From Narcine bancroftii (taxonomy: Eukaryota): a DNA stretch of 64,000 nt. Under the pieces are notes generated by a model. That model saw nothing but the letters and a program-made list of their open reading frames with translations, ran no database searches and had not been told where the DNA came from. This document shows positions 48,855 to 61,281 of this stretch, piece after piece (the stretch's first letter is position 1; each line of letters starts with the position of its first letter). The stretch is taken from contig NC_091480.1 of the NCBI RefSeq assembly GCF_036971445.1, forward strand, positions 92,504,001 through 92,568,000, in the 5' to 3' direction. The translations under genes were made by a program, and so were the position numbers.

Positions 48855-49135
48855 TGTGAGAGATGAGTAACACTGATCTAAAAGAAAAGTGAGGATTGTG
48901 AGAGATGAGTAACACTGATCTAAAAGAAAAGTGAGGATTGTGAGAGATGAGTAACACTGATCTAAAAGAAAAGTGAGGATTGTGAGAGATGAGTAACACT
49001 GATCTAAAAGAAAAGTGAGGATTGTGAGAGATGAGTAACACTGATCTAAAAGAAAAGTGAGGATTGTGAGAGATGAGTAACACTGATCTAAAAGAAAAGT
49101 GAGGATTGTGAGAGATGAGTAACACTGATCTAAAA
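48855..49135. repeat. Tandem repeat, 42-bp unit x 6.7, perfect
   Basis: Unit tgtgagagatgagtaacactgatctaaaagaaaagtgaggat from 48855 every 42 bp; no spacers. Confidence 0.97.
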
Positions 49136-49695
49136 ATATGAAGATGAGGAAACTATGTGTAATGAATAAAGCCAGTATGAATAGAAGAAGAATAGATATT
49201 AGAATGTAGGAAGTAAAGTTAGTCTGAATAAGATAAGGGTCTCTAGCCTTTTAGACAGAATCAGCAAGTTCACCAGTATGAATAAGATAAGGATAGATAA
49301 TAGATAATAGAATGTAGGAAGTATTAGTCTGAATAAGATAAGGGTCTTCTAGCCTTAGACAGAATTAGCAGGCCCTGAGAGTCAGTAAGGTGTGAATAAG
49401 GACAATGACATGATGGGACACCGACAGGATACCCCCTGGTCCTCCAAGTTCACAGAAACAGCATGTAGGCAGACAGGATTGCCTAATGCCAAACTCATCC
49501 AGGAGGCAGAAGAATGTAAGGGGGAGGGTACCTCTACACTGAAATGAACTGTATAAAAGTTGGGTGAGCCCCAGTATGTGTGTGTATTCCCAGGGTAAGG
49601 GGAAGCACCCAACTTTGCATTGTTGTATAATAAATGTTCTTTGTTCTCAATTTTTGTCTCGAGCAAATTCTGTGAAGGTACTTCTGTTTCTCACA
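48855..49695 (+). mobile_element. Solo LTR (841 bp)
   Basis: Terminal IR tgtgaga/tctcaca; 4-bp TSD cttc (48851-48854, 49696-49699); tataaaa 49552-49558; aataaa 49629-49634. Confidence 0.92.
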
Positions 49696-50236
49696 CTTCC
49701 ACTGGTCAAAATGTACCAGGGGTGTAAATTGGGCAGCACAGACTCGTGGGCCAGAATGGCCTGTTACTGTGCTGCATGTCTCGATTCTAAATTCTAGATG
49801 CATTGCAATAGATTTTTGGTTCTTCTACAGTTAAACTATCATCCACCAGAACTTGCATGCCTACCTTATTACATAGTCATAATTGAAGAATTGATATAGC
49901 AGTGATGAGACCATTCAGCCCATTAAGTCTAAATCAGCTCCTACAGAGCAATCTATTGAATTCCATTCCCCTGCTTTTTCCCAAAAACCATGCAAATTAT
50001 TTTGTCTCAAGTGTCTGTCTAATTCTCTTTTGAGAGTCTTGAATTACTCAGTTTGCTCCAATCTGTAAAGTCCTTATCAACACTGCTCCCAGCATAAAAG
50101 AAGATTTTATCTTGTATTTTTTGCTCATCATTTTAAATCTGGCTTTTCTGGTCCTTGAAACATTTATTAATGAGAACTGCTGTATCTCATTTAAATTTAC
50201 CATGATTTCAAATAAAAAAACAAAGTCCTAGAACCA

Positions 50237-50332
50237 AAGAAAATGCACGAGCTTGGTTTAGATCTAGACTGAAGCACATTATAAATTTACAACATTCAGG
50301 ATTAGATCTAAACCAAGCTCATTCATTTTCTT
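50237..50332. repeat. 96-bp near-perfect palindrome/hairpin
   Basis: aagaaaatgcacgagcttggtttagatcta ... tagatctaaaccaagctcattcattttctt (2 mismatches in 30), partial pairing continues to the centre. Confidence 0.9.
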
Positions 50333-50414
50333 GATGAAGAGTAGTGAATTCATGACAAAGTTAGACCCCAGGTATCTTACCACGACTAGGATCATATTTT
50401 AGATGGACACCACA

Positions 50415-50600
50415 GAAAACAGCCTCTATCCTCAAGGACCCCCACTGCCCAGGCCATGCCCTCTTCACACTGCTACCATCAGGAAAAAGGTCCCGGAGAC
50501 TGAAGACGAGCACCCAGCTTCTTCCCCTCTTGCCATCTCATTTCTGAATGGACAAAGAACCACAGACATGACCTGATTTCCTCTTCTTTTGCATGGATTC
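50415..50600 (+). mobile_element. Rex1/Babar-like LINE 3' fragment
   Basis: ASILKDPHCPGHALFTLLPSGKRSRRLKT. Confidence 0.8.
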
Positions 50601-50679
50601 ATTTTTTTTAAAGAAAAGCCTGCCTGCTTGACAGGCTTAACACCTTAATGATATGGGACACCCGTCACATGGAAATGGA

Positions 50680-51165
50680 AGGCGGCCGGGCAGTGGAGCC
50701 TGAGTGAGAAAATGGATCAGCGCATGATTAAATGGTGGGGAAAACTCAATGGGCTGAATAGCTTATTTCTACTCCTATGTATTATGGATAGAACTTAATC
50801 TTTTCTTCTTGAAGCAACAAAGGATGAGCAGTGACCAGATAATAATTGTCATTGATCGTGTAGATGGCAAGAAATTGTTCCCCCCCCCACCACCAAGGCT
50901 GAAATAGCTAACATAATGGGAAATAATTTAAGGTGCTTGAAAGTACAAGTGGGATGCAAGAGGCAAGTTCTTCACAAAGAGAGTGGTGGGTGCATGGAAT
51001 GCACTGCCAGTGATGTTCGTGGAGCCAGATACAATGGGATCTTAGAACTGAGAAAAATAGAGGGTTAAGCATTAGGGAAATTCTAGGCCATTGATAGAGA
51101 AGGTTATTATGTCAGTACATAACTGTGGGCCAAAGGGCCTGTACCGTGCTGCAAATTTCTATGTT
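50680..51165 (+). mobile_element. Two CR1 3'-end fragments
   Basis: aatgggctgaatagcttatttct tail; GKFFTKRVVGAWNALP motif. Confidence 0.7.
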
Positions 51166-51292
51166 GTACCACTGCAACACTGCCTGCTCCATCAGTGCAT
51201 CTCATCCGCTCATACATTGAAACAGATGCTAGTCTTAGAAGTAACTTCACTGAGGACAAAATCCAAAGGGAGATTTCAGAGAAGAGCTCTGT

Positions 51293-51815
51293 ACAATGCA
51301 CAAAAGTACAGGAGAAACTCAGCAGGTCACAAGGCATCCAAAGGAAGGAAAGGTGTATAACAATCGTTTTGAGCCTGAGCCCTTTGTGCAAGCAGAAAGC
51401 AAGCAGGTGCCAGAATAAAAAGGTGGGGGGAGGAAGGGGCAAGTGGAGAAGCCCAGGCCAACAGTCAAGTGGGTGAGATGGGGGGAGGAGTTAGCTCCCT
51501 GAATGGAGAGGGAAATGGGTAGGGGCTGGAGGAAAGGAGGCATAGATGAAGAGGGTGAGAAAGGGGAGGAGCCTAACAGAAACCAGACATTGATGTTAAT
51601 GCTGTCTAGTTGGAGAGCGCCCAGATGGAATATTGGATGTTGTTCCTCCAATTTGAGGGTGGCCTCGGTTTGGCAATGCAGGAGGCCATGGACAGACAAC
51701 CCAGTGTGAGAAATAGGTATGGAATTGAAATGTCAGCCACGAGGTCTCTGTTATTGGATCAGATTCAGTAAAGTGTTTATTAAAACGATCTCCCAGTCAG
51801 TGCTCAGTCTCTCTG
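51293..51815 (-). mobile_element. Penelope-like element 3' fragment (GIY-YIG + terminal repeat)
   Basis: SVHGLLHCQTEATLKLEEQHPIFHLGALQLDSINI. Confidence 0.85.
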
Positions 51816-51824
51816 ATATATTCA

Positions 51825-52125
51825 GGAAAGAAGTCTAGGATCCACAAGACTCACACCAGCAGGTTCAGGAACATCTGCTTCCCCGCTACCATCAGGCTCC
51901 TCAACAACAAACTCAATCAGGGGCTCATTTAAGGACTCTAACTTGGCCATTTTATTGATTCTTTTTCTTTTCTGTACCGCACAGTCAGTTTGTTTACATA
52001 GGTATGTGGTGTACAGTTTTATTTTGCTCTAATAGGTGGTAATTCTGCCTCGCCTGCAGGAAAAAGAATCTCAGGGTTGTATGTGATGTTATGTATGTAC
52101 TCTGACAATAAATCCGCAATCTGAG
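51825..52125 (+). mobile_element. Rex1/Babar-like LINE 3' end
   Basis: KTHTSRFRNICFPATIRLLN, then UTR ending ctgacaataaa. Confidence 0.75.
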
Positions 52126-52149
52126 GCACCTTCCCGTTTTTTGCTCATA

Positions 52150-52260
52150 TCGCGATGAAGGGCTCAAGCCCAAAAAAGCTGTTTATGCATCTTTGCTTCC
52201 TATAGACGCTGTATGACCTGCTGGGTTGCTCCAGCATGACAATCACAGCGTCTGCAGAGT
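52150..52260 (+). mobile_element. Penelope-derived terminal repeat with hammerhead-like core
   Basis: cgatgaagggctcaagcccaaaa...tgacctgctgggttgctccagca. Confidence 0.65.
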
Positions 52261-53034
52261 TCCCTCTGGAAACATAGGCTTCCTTCCTCTTTTATACACT
52301 GGCATTTTTCCAAAAGATCCCTCGCACTATTCAATTTCACTATAGCTCTCCGATGCCAAGAAAAACATTGACCATTTCCTCCTCATTTTTTAATATTTTC
52401 AAATTTAATATTCTCCACTTGAAAGGGGAAAGTTAAAAATGTGGCTAATATTTCAATGAAATTAGCTTGTGGCTATTTCAGAGGACAAAAGAAGGAGATT
52501 GGGATACACAAGTCCTATTCAAGGATATTGATGACAAAACTCAGCAGGGATGATTTCAAATTATATTGGGTTTCTCAAAATCTCAGGATTGTCTTTAAAT
52601 ATTCAAATTATGTTCTTTAGTTTCTTCTTAAATAAATCAAAGTGATTGTTAATTTTATCTGCTGGTCTAGGAAATGAGCCTATTTCCCCCCCCCCCCTCT
52701 CTCAAACCAAGAGTTTGGCAGTTCCAAAGACTGTGTGATTCAGCCGTCAAAACCACTTTCACATTTTGTCAGTGAAACCTTTTTTTTTAAAAAAAGAAAC
52801 TTTTCCCCTTGTAAACATGTAACAGCAAAAAAATCCTTTCTGAAAGATGGGACCTCATCACTGAGAATTCAGCCAGTGGTATTGCAAGCTCAGGATCCCA
52901 TGATGGGAATTCAAAACCTTTTCCTGTGGTGAACTGACCATGCTTGTTCCTTACCTCAAGGAATACTGTAAAGAAATATAAAAGGAGACTTTGCAAAAAA
53001 AACTTAAGTACATAATTCATATCAATAAATATAT

Positions 53035-53275
53035 GGTTCTTGAAGTTATACAGCATTGAAATCGACCCTTCAGCCAAACTTTCCCCAGCCAACTGAGTTG
53101 CCAATCTAAGCTCATCCCATTTTCCTGCATGTGGCCCATATCCCCCTAAAAACCTATCTATATACCTGTCCAAATGTATTTTAAATATCATAATTATACC
53201 TGCCTCTACTACTACTTCTTATCCCATCCACTCTCCGTGTGAAAAGGTCATCTCTCAGGTCCCTTTGAAATCTTA
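53035..53275 (-). mobile_element. CR1 LINE 3' end
   Basis: FKIHLDRY...GGYGP.AGKWD motif. Confidence 0.75.
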
Positions 53276-53649
53276 AAAAGGACAACCCCAGGGCAACAAA
53301 ACTAATGAGAGATTTCTGAAGTGAAATCCCTCTGCTTTTCAATGCAGTGCAGAAAGCAGTTTGGCTTCAACCAAGTTCAAGCAACACATGATGGTTATTG
53401 ATGGAAATTTTACCACCAAAATCAAAAGGATGTTCTAACTGATTTCTTACACTAGGAGCCAGCAGAGCCTTTAGTAGAGGAATTTCAACCACGGCAAAAT
53501 AAATGGGCATTACCTTGGGTTGCTTTTTTAAAGCATTCATCATTTTCTAACAAAAGTCAACCTGAAATAAAAATCAAAATTTATCAGTAAAGCAAGCCCT
53601 GACCTTATTCATTGTCAATAAAAATAATCTCACCTTGATATTCACCAAC

Positions 53650-54560
53650 ACCCCTGAGTGCAAAGCCCTCCAAAAGGTGGTGGGAACAGCCCAGGACATC
53701 ATGGACAAAACCTTCCCACTACTGGGCACATCTACAGGGAGCACTGCCGTCGGAGAGCAGCAGCAATCAAGGATCTACACCACCCAGCGCACACTCTGTT
53801 CTCATTGCTACCATGAGGAAAGAGGTATAGGTGCCTCAAGACTCACACCACCAGGTTCAGGAACAGCTGCTACCCCTCCAACCTCAGACTCTTCAACGAC
53901 AAACTCAATTAGGGACACTTAAGGACTCTTGTGCATTTTATTGATTTTCTTTTTGTTTTCTCTGTTCTGTACAGTTGTTTTGCCTACATTTGTTATCTGT
54001 TTACATGTTTATGCTGTGCACGGTGGGTTTTTTTTGCACTACCAATTAGTGGTAATTCTGCAGCGCCCACAGGAAAAAGGATCTCAGGGTTGTAATGTGA
54101 TGTCATGTGTGTACTCTGACAAGAAATCTGAAATCTATCTCACAGATCTACTGATCTATCCACAGTGTATCAGTCCAGTAAAAATGAAATTTCATTAAAT
54201 AATTCGCACTGACTTGAAAAATCAATCAACATATTAAAAGACTCATTCCATCCTGGCCACACTCTCTTTATCCCTCTCCCATCAGGAAGGAGATGGACAA
54301 GTGTGAGATCACGTCCCACCAGTTTCAAGAACAGTTTCTTTCCCACCATTATCAGACTCCTCAATGATTCATACAACGCTAAAAATTACATGGTGTTTTC
54401 TCTGCACCAACTGATCTCTCTCCCCACCCCCTCTCTCCATAACTGCACTTATGTTCTGTCTCTTACTTGCTGTACTATGTACAAGATGTCTTGCCACTCT
54501 GCTCACAAAACAAACTTTATCACTGCACCTTGGTACATGTGACAATAAACCTGATCTTGA
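53650..54560 (+). mobile_element. Two tandem Rex1/Babar-like LINE 3' fragments (53650-54135, 54225-54560)
   Basis: KALQKVV.TAQDI; KDSFHPGHTLF.PLPSGRR; FKNSFFPTIIRLLN; gtgacaataaa tails. Confidence 0.8.
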
Positions 54561-54905
54561 GCTTATTCAGTATCATAACTGGAGATCTTTCAGTTGATGA
54601 CAATAAGTCCAGAGAAATGGGAGTAGAGACAGGTGACGTAGGGGAATGGAGAAGTCCACCAATGCACAGTGAGAGAGGTGGAACAAAGTAACTAAGAGAA
54701 GGTTGCTCCAGTTATGGGGTTCTGGGAGAATGTCACCAGACACAAGCTCCACTGATGGAGTACGAACACTTGAGCACCATTTTAAATTTGGGCTGGGGGA
54801 GGAACCACATGGAATTACAATTGGTTGGGGAAAGTAAAAAGAAATTGCTCAGAAAAAGGACGTGTTATTTTCTGCTGTTCTAATTGTTGAACATTTTTTT
54901 TATGA

Positions 54906-55167
54906 CCCTAATCTATTTATTCTGATATGCAGGCCCATTTCCGCCCCTAATCTATTTATACTGATATGCAGGCCCATTTCTGCCCCTAATCTATTTATTC
55001 TGATATGCAGGCCCATTTCCGCCCCTAATCTATTTATTCTGATATGCAGACCCATTTCCGCCCCTAATCTATTTATTCTGATATGCAGACCCATTTCCGC
55101 CCCTAATCTATTTATTCTGATACACAGACCTATTCACGCCCCTAATCTATTTATTCTGAAACACAGA
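54906..55167. repeat. Minisatellite, 39-bp unit x ~6.7
   Basis: Unit ccctaatctatttattctgatatgcaggcccatttccgc from 54906; 3' units more diverged. Confidence 0.95.
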
Positions 55168-55533
55168 ACAATTCAACATTTTTGGCTTACTTTTGAGAAT
55201 CTGTTGATATCATCATGAATGGCAAAAATCTACTGAATGTGTTTAACATTTAAAACTAGCACATTTTTCTCATATAGGAGGATCTAAATCTGTATGTCAT
55301 GCTATCATAATCTTAGAATAACATCTTCCATTCAAATATCCTTGAATTTAGCTTGCTCAGCAGTTACTGCAATCAATCTTGGAAAATATTGTCTGCAAGG
55401 ATCAGATAAAATCAGTTTGAAGTATCAAGTAAGCCTCGTAAATGAATTGACTGAATAAATTAAAGGACATAGTTAAGTTACTTAAACTCTCGGTATAAAA
55501 TAAATGTTTCTGCTCCTCCTCAGAACTGAATTT

Positions 55534-55642
55534 ACCATCTTCAATAAAGAAATACTTCATGAGTAACTGAGTATTCCTTACTTGCCATCACCATCTTCAA
55601 TAAAGGAATACTTCATGTGTAACTGAATATTCCTTACTTGCC
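55534..55642. repeat. Tandem duplication, 56-bp period x 2
   Basis: accatcttcaataaag.aatacttcatg.gtaactga.tattccttacttgcc at 55534 and 55590. Confidence 0.92.
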
Positions 55643-55727
55643 TACGAACAACACTAGGTGTCCACTGCACCCTACATGCTCACTCGATCAATAATAGATT
55701 CCAGCTTTCATCAGAAATTGTAGAGTG

Positions 55728-56160
55728 AAACACAAAAGTCTGCAGACGCCGTGATTGTAGTAAAAACACACCGCAATGCTGGAGGAAGTCAGCCAGTCTT
55801 TTCAGTGAGCGTAGCAGACAAAGATAAATTGCTAACATTCTTCGACGTATAAGCCAGAAGCAGGAAATCTCAGAAAGTCTCTGAATTCCATTGGTGGGGG
55901 TGGGGGGGGGGGGGGGGGGGGAAAGAAATCCAGACCAACAAAAGGTGTTAACTGGATATGATAAAGGGAGGGAGGTAAGAATTTATCATGTTTGTGTGAA
56001 AGGAGACAGATAGGAGAAGGTGATGGGTGGGAAAGGGAAAGGGGGTTTTAACCAAAGCCAGAGAAGTCGATATTAATGCCATCTGCTTGGAGGGTGCCCA
56101 GTTGGAAGATAAGGTGCTGTTCCTCCAATTTGTTTTGGGGGAGATGGCCAGACACATTGG
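55728..56160 (-). mobile_element. Penelope-like element 3' fragment
   Basis: KLEEQHLIFQLGTLQADGINIDF on minus plus terminal arm. Confidence 0.8.
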
Positions 56161-57560
56161 GGATGAGGGATGTGTCAGGAAAATCAATTTAATTGCTTAT
56201 AGAAGTGAATTGTTTATTGTCAAGTTCCAACAGACAGTGAAAAACGTTGTTTCTAGGTTACTCAGTCAAGTCAACCTATCCTTGAGTACAAGAGGTAGTG
56301 GATAATGCAGAGTATAGTACTATAAAGTGCAAGGGCTACGTTATTTTACAAATGAGAGAACTATTCGATGGTGTGATAACAACCAGAAAAAAACTGTTGA
56401 TGATCATGTAAGAGATCAGATTAAGGTACAAAAGAAAATTCAGGGAAAACAGAAGAAATTCTGGGTGAAAATTGGTCAAAGCAAAGGAGAGATTCAAGGG
56501 ATCATAATTTGGTTAGAAGGTGAAGATGGGTATGAGATGGTCAGTAATCTTCACAAAAGAAAGTGTAAAACTGGGACCTCCTTTGAAGATGAACAGTCCA
56601 GATGGACTCTGACCAGCTGGGGATATGGTCCTTTATGCTAAAAATGCCCTCATTGCTTAGGTTGTGACTAGTGGCTGTGTTTCCAGATAACATCAGGGTA
56701 TCATTTGGAACACGGCGTCAATTGCAAATATGTTCCTCGATCTCCATATCTCCATGCATTTGCTTTTCACATCTGAAAGTGTCTGCATGAATCTCTGCAA
56801 TTGCATTGTGAGTGCACATGGCCTCAGGTTGTTGATAAATTTTTACACGCAGTGGATAAAAAACATTCTTCATCTCCAGGCCGTGAAACTTTTGCTTTTG
56901 AAAAAAAAAATCAGACCCATTTTTTTCTGAAACATTAAATCTATTTAACAAAAGAGCCCTGCTACAGAGTCCAACCCAGATTTAAGTCAGCTTGTTGATC
57001 TCTTAATGTTGTTCCATGTAATAATTAAACTTCAGTTGTCATTATTCCAAGATAAACACAAGATATGACTTAATATTTCCATATGCAGGGCATGCAAAGT
57101 TCAAAGTGAAATAAGAATAGCTAAAAATATATGTATCTACATATATATTAGGTTAAATTTGGGACTTGTGCCTCAGTCATATGTAACTAATTGGGAATCC
57201 AGATGCAGTTAATTGGATTTCAGATTAATAAACTGAAAAAAAATGAGAAATGGTTGCAAAGACATATTTAAACTTACCTTAAACTTTTGTCTATTTGTTG
57301 ATGTAATGTTAAGCTGAATAGCCAAGTACAAAGTACTTAACTTCTTAATATTCTGCAAGATGGTAGGCATTTATAAAATAAATATGCATTGAGAAGGCTC
57401 TTTATCTTGAAAAGAAGCATATGTAAAGCAGTAATGCCCTCACTCAGCTGTGGCCACTCTGCAGTATTTTCTGGACCAGAATTAATTTTAATGGATTCCA
57501 AGAAGCATTTTCCATACAATAATTAATCAAAAATTGGTTAACACCCAATTCAAGACCTAC

Positions 57561-58049
57561 TTTTTTTTTCTTTGGCTTGGCTTCGCAGACGAAGATTTAT
57601 GGAGGGGGTAAGTGTCCACGTCAGCTGCAGGCTCGTTTGTGGCTAACAAGTCCAATGCGGGACAGGCAGACACGGTTGCAGCGGTTGCAGGGGAAAATTG
57701 GTGGGTTGGGGTTGGGTGTTGGGTTTTTCCTCCTTTGCCTTTTGTCAGTGAGGTAGGCTCTGCGGTCTTCTTCAAAGGAGGTTGCTGCCCGCCGAACTGT
57801 GAGGCGCCAAGATGCACGGTTGGAGGCGAGATCAGCCCACTGGCGGTGGTCAATGGGGCAGGCACCAAGAGATTTCTTTAGGCAGTCCTTGTACCTCTTT
57901 GATGCACCTCTGTCACAGTGGCCAGTGGAGAGCTCGCCAAATAACACGAAGGCGATGGTCCTCCATTCTGGAGACGTGACCTACCCAGCGCAGTTGGGCC
58001 TTCAGCAGCGTGGATTCGATGCTGTCGACCTCTGCCATCTCGAGTACTT
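57561..58049 (-). mobile_element. RTE-clade LINE, short 5'-truncated copy
   Basis: Same 3' end and CNRCNRVCLSRIGLVSHKRAC finger as the other two copies; small deletions; no TSD seen. Confidence 0.93.
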
Positions 58050-59164
58050 AACAAACAGCTAACTACACATTGCAGTTTGTGCAGCAAGTTATTTGAAAGG
58101 ATAAGATTCAATTGGGGACCAACAGTTGAACTGTAGCTAAATGATTGTTTGTTTATATAAAATTGACATCAAATCGGTTTCTATCAGAATAATGACTTCC
58201 ATCACTGCATGGATCAACATCAACAGTTTCCCAAGAAAGAGGGGAGGGATTAAAACAATAAGATCAGGGTAAAACTGAAAAGAAAAGCTCTTCCTTTGCA
58301 TTTCTATCCATGTACATCTGTGAACCTGGAAATAAAGTGCACACGTTCAGATGTCTTAACAGTTGAATGCTTGTTTTAGGTATTCACAGAAACACATTTT
58401 TCCAGTCGCCCTTTGCATCCACAACATGTCAAGCAGCAGAAAAGTTCAGGGGGTTGGGAATGGGAAGGGTAAAGGAAAGCCTGCGGGTGTCAGAGTTGAG
58501 GGTAGGTTGTGACCTGCAGGATTAAGTGGAACTGAAATTGGGATCATGGCCAGGGTCAAGTTGAAATGTTTGGAGCAGGTTGGTCCAGATTGGTGAGTGG
58601 TACAGGTTGTAGTTCTCTTATGTGGCAACTCCCATGGCCCAGCAGGTTTGAACCTGCCACTGTTAGTACAAATTCCTTTCAGACAGTACAGGACTCTTAC
58701 CCCAGTCCCAATCACTGGCACTGTAAAGGCGAACCGTGCCACCCAACAGTATTATTTCCTGTTCTACCTTTGATATGTTTACATAGGGGGTTCTCTTGGG
58801 GGTCAATTTCTGCTTTACGGCATTTTCTGCGGTCCGACAATGGTCAGGTCCCAATGCCACTGGATTAGAGAGGCACAGCCTGTACATTGGTGAGGAATGG
58901 CTGCCGACTTCATCAGGATCTGGTTGGGCAGAGGTTCAGGCTGGTGTTGATCATATGGCTCAGCCAGGGATGAGGAGAAAGTTTGGGGCTGGATGTTGTT
59001 AGTGGAACAGATTTGAGATTAGTATATTGGCTGGTGGGGTTGGCTGATGACAGCAGGAGAGCAGTGCTGGATTGGAATGGATTGAAAGTTTCATAATTTG
59101 CTTTAAACCATTGTTTTTCTCTCCACAGCACGGCTCCTACATCCCTTCCAACTTTGAAAGCTCC

Positions 59165-59830
59165 AAATCAAGTTTATTGTTACGTTATACCTGATGCAGT
59201 GAGAAGAGTTCTTCCAAGTCAACGCCAACATGAGTGCAACTGTGCAAAGTAGAAGACCAAGATCAGGAACAGTGTGTAGTATTACAACGATACTGCACAT
59301 CACAATGGCAATACAAGTGTAAGGTTCGTTCAGGGGCCTGAGGATTGTTGGCTTAACTTTAAGCACGTCATTGCATAATTTTCTACTCGAGCCTTCTTCC
59401 TGTGCCCCGAATGTGAAGGGTCCTTCATTATGTGTTGGCCGCCTTTCCTCGGTAATGGGAAGTGTGGATGCAGTTTGTGAGATGCTCGGAGCTACATTCA
59501 TTACGTTCTGGAGCTTAGGCAGAGCCGCTCCAATACAACACTGGGATTCCTTGCCTGTGCATCTGAGGAAGTTGCTGAAAGGCACGGCCGACATGTCGAA
59601 CTTCCTTTGCCTTCTCAGAAAGGTGTTCTTTGATGACCATCGCATTAATGTGGTTACTGGAAATGTTCGCTCTCAAGAACTTGAAGCTATCTACTGTCTC
59701 CATTTCAGTGTAATTGACAATAGTGTAGGCTCTATCCTAACCTCCCCACTCTAGAATATATAATGTCCTTCATCTTACAAACGTAGAGAGGTAGAGAGAG
59801 AGAGAGAGTTATTTTAACACCAGACCACTA
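59165..59830 (-). mobile_element. Rex1/Babar-like LINE fragment
   Basis: ETVDSFKFL.ANIS, FLRR.RKF.MS....SNF.RC and KLQNVMNVA motifs. Confidence 0.75.
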
Positions 59831-60387
59831 GATTCTCAATCTCCTTCCTGCCTACACCTCCTCTCACCCAAAGCCTTTCATTTACAACCACAAAAATGTG
59901 GAATAGTTCCTCCATAGCCTTAGACCTTTTGCACTCCTGAGGTTTTCTCTGAACAATAAGCACATCACTAAACTTTCTAGGCCAGCGTTATCTCTTAAGA
60001 ATTTCTGGAATTATCCAATTACGCAGCTTTAGTGCTTTCCTCTAATATGTGCTGAGGTTGATTAATACTAGCTAGTGAGATTGAAGTGCACTGAACAAAG
60101 ATGCACTCATTGTTCTGTTGTAGGGTGACAGTAGCTATTCCTGTAAGTTAGTTGAAAGATGGATATGAAACAGAAGCAAGAAAGAATGAGCCCTGTACTT
60201 CCTGGTGGCCTGGTTAAACAGCTCTGGCAACAGCCTAGTCAGGGGATTAAGGCAAATAAAAATAGCCCAAATAAAATGCAGACCTTACAAGTGGTACTAA
60301 ATTTGGGAGTGGAAGGGGTGGGGGGGGGGGGAGAGAAACATCTTAAAACATTTATTACCTCCTTTTGAAGTTGAGACTGTATATTGT

Positions 60388-60402
60388 CCAGCAGGGGGTG
60401 TT
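60388..60402 (+). promoter_or_regulatory. Candidate CTCF binding site
   Basis: ccagcagggggtgtt vs consensus CCAGCAGGGGGCGC; upstream ctgtata at spacing resembling the U-motif. Confidence 0.4.
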
Positions 60403-60898
60403 CAACAACTTCAGTAAATAAAGAAAGTTTGTGTTAATCACTTACACCTGTGGGCGCCACTTCTATGCACTTGGCTGACACCATTAAAGCAGCAGTGAAG
60501 AACATTGTATGCTCAAACATATGGAGTACAACAAAGAAAATGGAACAATCAATCCCTCCACTAATGGCCTGGGTATCCCATTTGCAAGGGCTAAGAATTA
60601 TTATTGCCTGGCAGTACGTCTGCTAGGTAACCTATCCTCCAGTGCATTTTGAAATAGTAGACTAACTTGCAAAATAAAACCATGTTGACTGACTGATGTG
60701 GATTTCCCTTCACTATATAAAGCTGGTCCTTCTAGTTGAAGTGGAAGGGAGAAATCATTAAAAAATATGAAATAACAATAAAAGGAGAATAAAAAGATAA
60801 ATGATATAATTTAATATTTTGAACTTGGTGCTTAAAATCGCTGCAGAACTGTATATTGTTAGAAGAAAGATAGCCTGTTTCTTCCCACGTCCCAGAAT

Positions 60899-61281
60899 AG
60901 ACTTTTTCAGGTGCCTTCTACGTTAAGAATGCACCTGAAGAAGCAGAAGTGGCCCTTTAAATTGCCGTTCAGGTGGCAGCGTTTAAAGCACAACGCTGGC
61001 CACCTGAAGGACACAGCTGCACAGGAGACGGCTCTGAGCCCACTCTGGCTCCTGCCCAGGGTCAGCTTTGATCAGCAGCCTGACCCTTTAACATCCGCTT
61101 TCAGCCAGCTGCATTCAGATGGCTGAGGGAGCCACTGAGCTGAGCTGATTCTCCCTCTCGGAGGAGGTCACGTAGCTCGCCTCGAGAGCGCTTCCTGCAC
61201 ATTCAGGTGTCCTCAAAATAGCCGCATATTGCCTAAGCCTGCGGCTTTACATGCGGGGCAGTTGGCCACCTGAAAGTGCCT
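60899..61281. mobile_element. MITE built of serial ttcaggtg...cacctgaa hairpins
   Basis: Imperfect TIRs (tttcaggtgcc / gccacctgaaa); internal hairpins at 60906-60939 and 60968-61008. Confidence 0.65.

Larger units (their letters stand above)
48725..49795 (+). mobile_element. V-SINE split by a solo LTR (48725-48854 + 49696-49795)
   Basis: tggcatagcggtt A-box, gagttcgaatccc B-box; V-domain broken at ggtttccttc, tail resumes after the LTR. Confidence 0.85.

Noticed and set aside
48855-49135. CRISPR-like array / repeat protein ORF (VLLISHNPHFSFRS)n
   Set aside because: Units are head-to-tail with no unique spacers, no cas genes, eukaryotic context; the ORF is a by-product of a 42-bp unit
54862-55218. 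Repeat protein ORF (PNLFILICRPISA)n
   Set aside because: Consequence of a 39-bp minisatellite; no splice or homology support
55895-55921. G-runs as functional G-quadruplexes (also ~1815, ~26256, ~47084)
   Set aside because: Simple homopolymer tracts, often inside TE tails; no specific support
56327-56641. 104-aa lysine-rich ORF
   Set aside because: GTG start, no recognisable domain or splice structure; likely chance
58670-58760. piggyBac-like motifs (PFRQY, GTVKANR)
   Set aside because: Motifs are far too close together, frame is short, no TTAA/TIR structure
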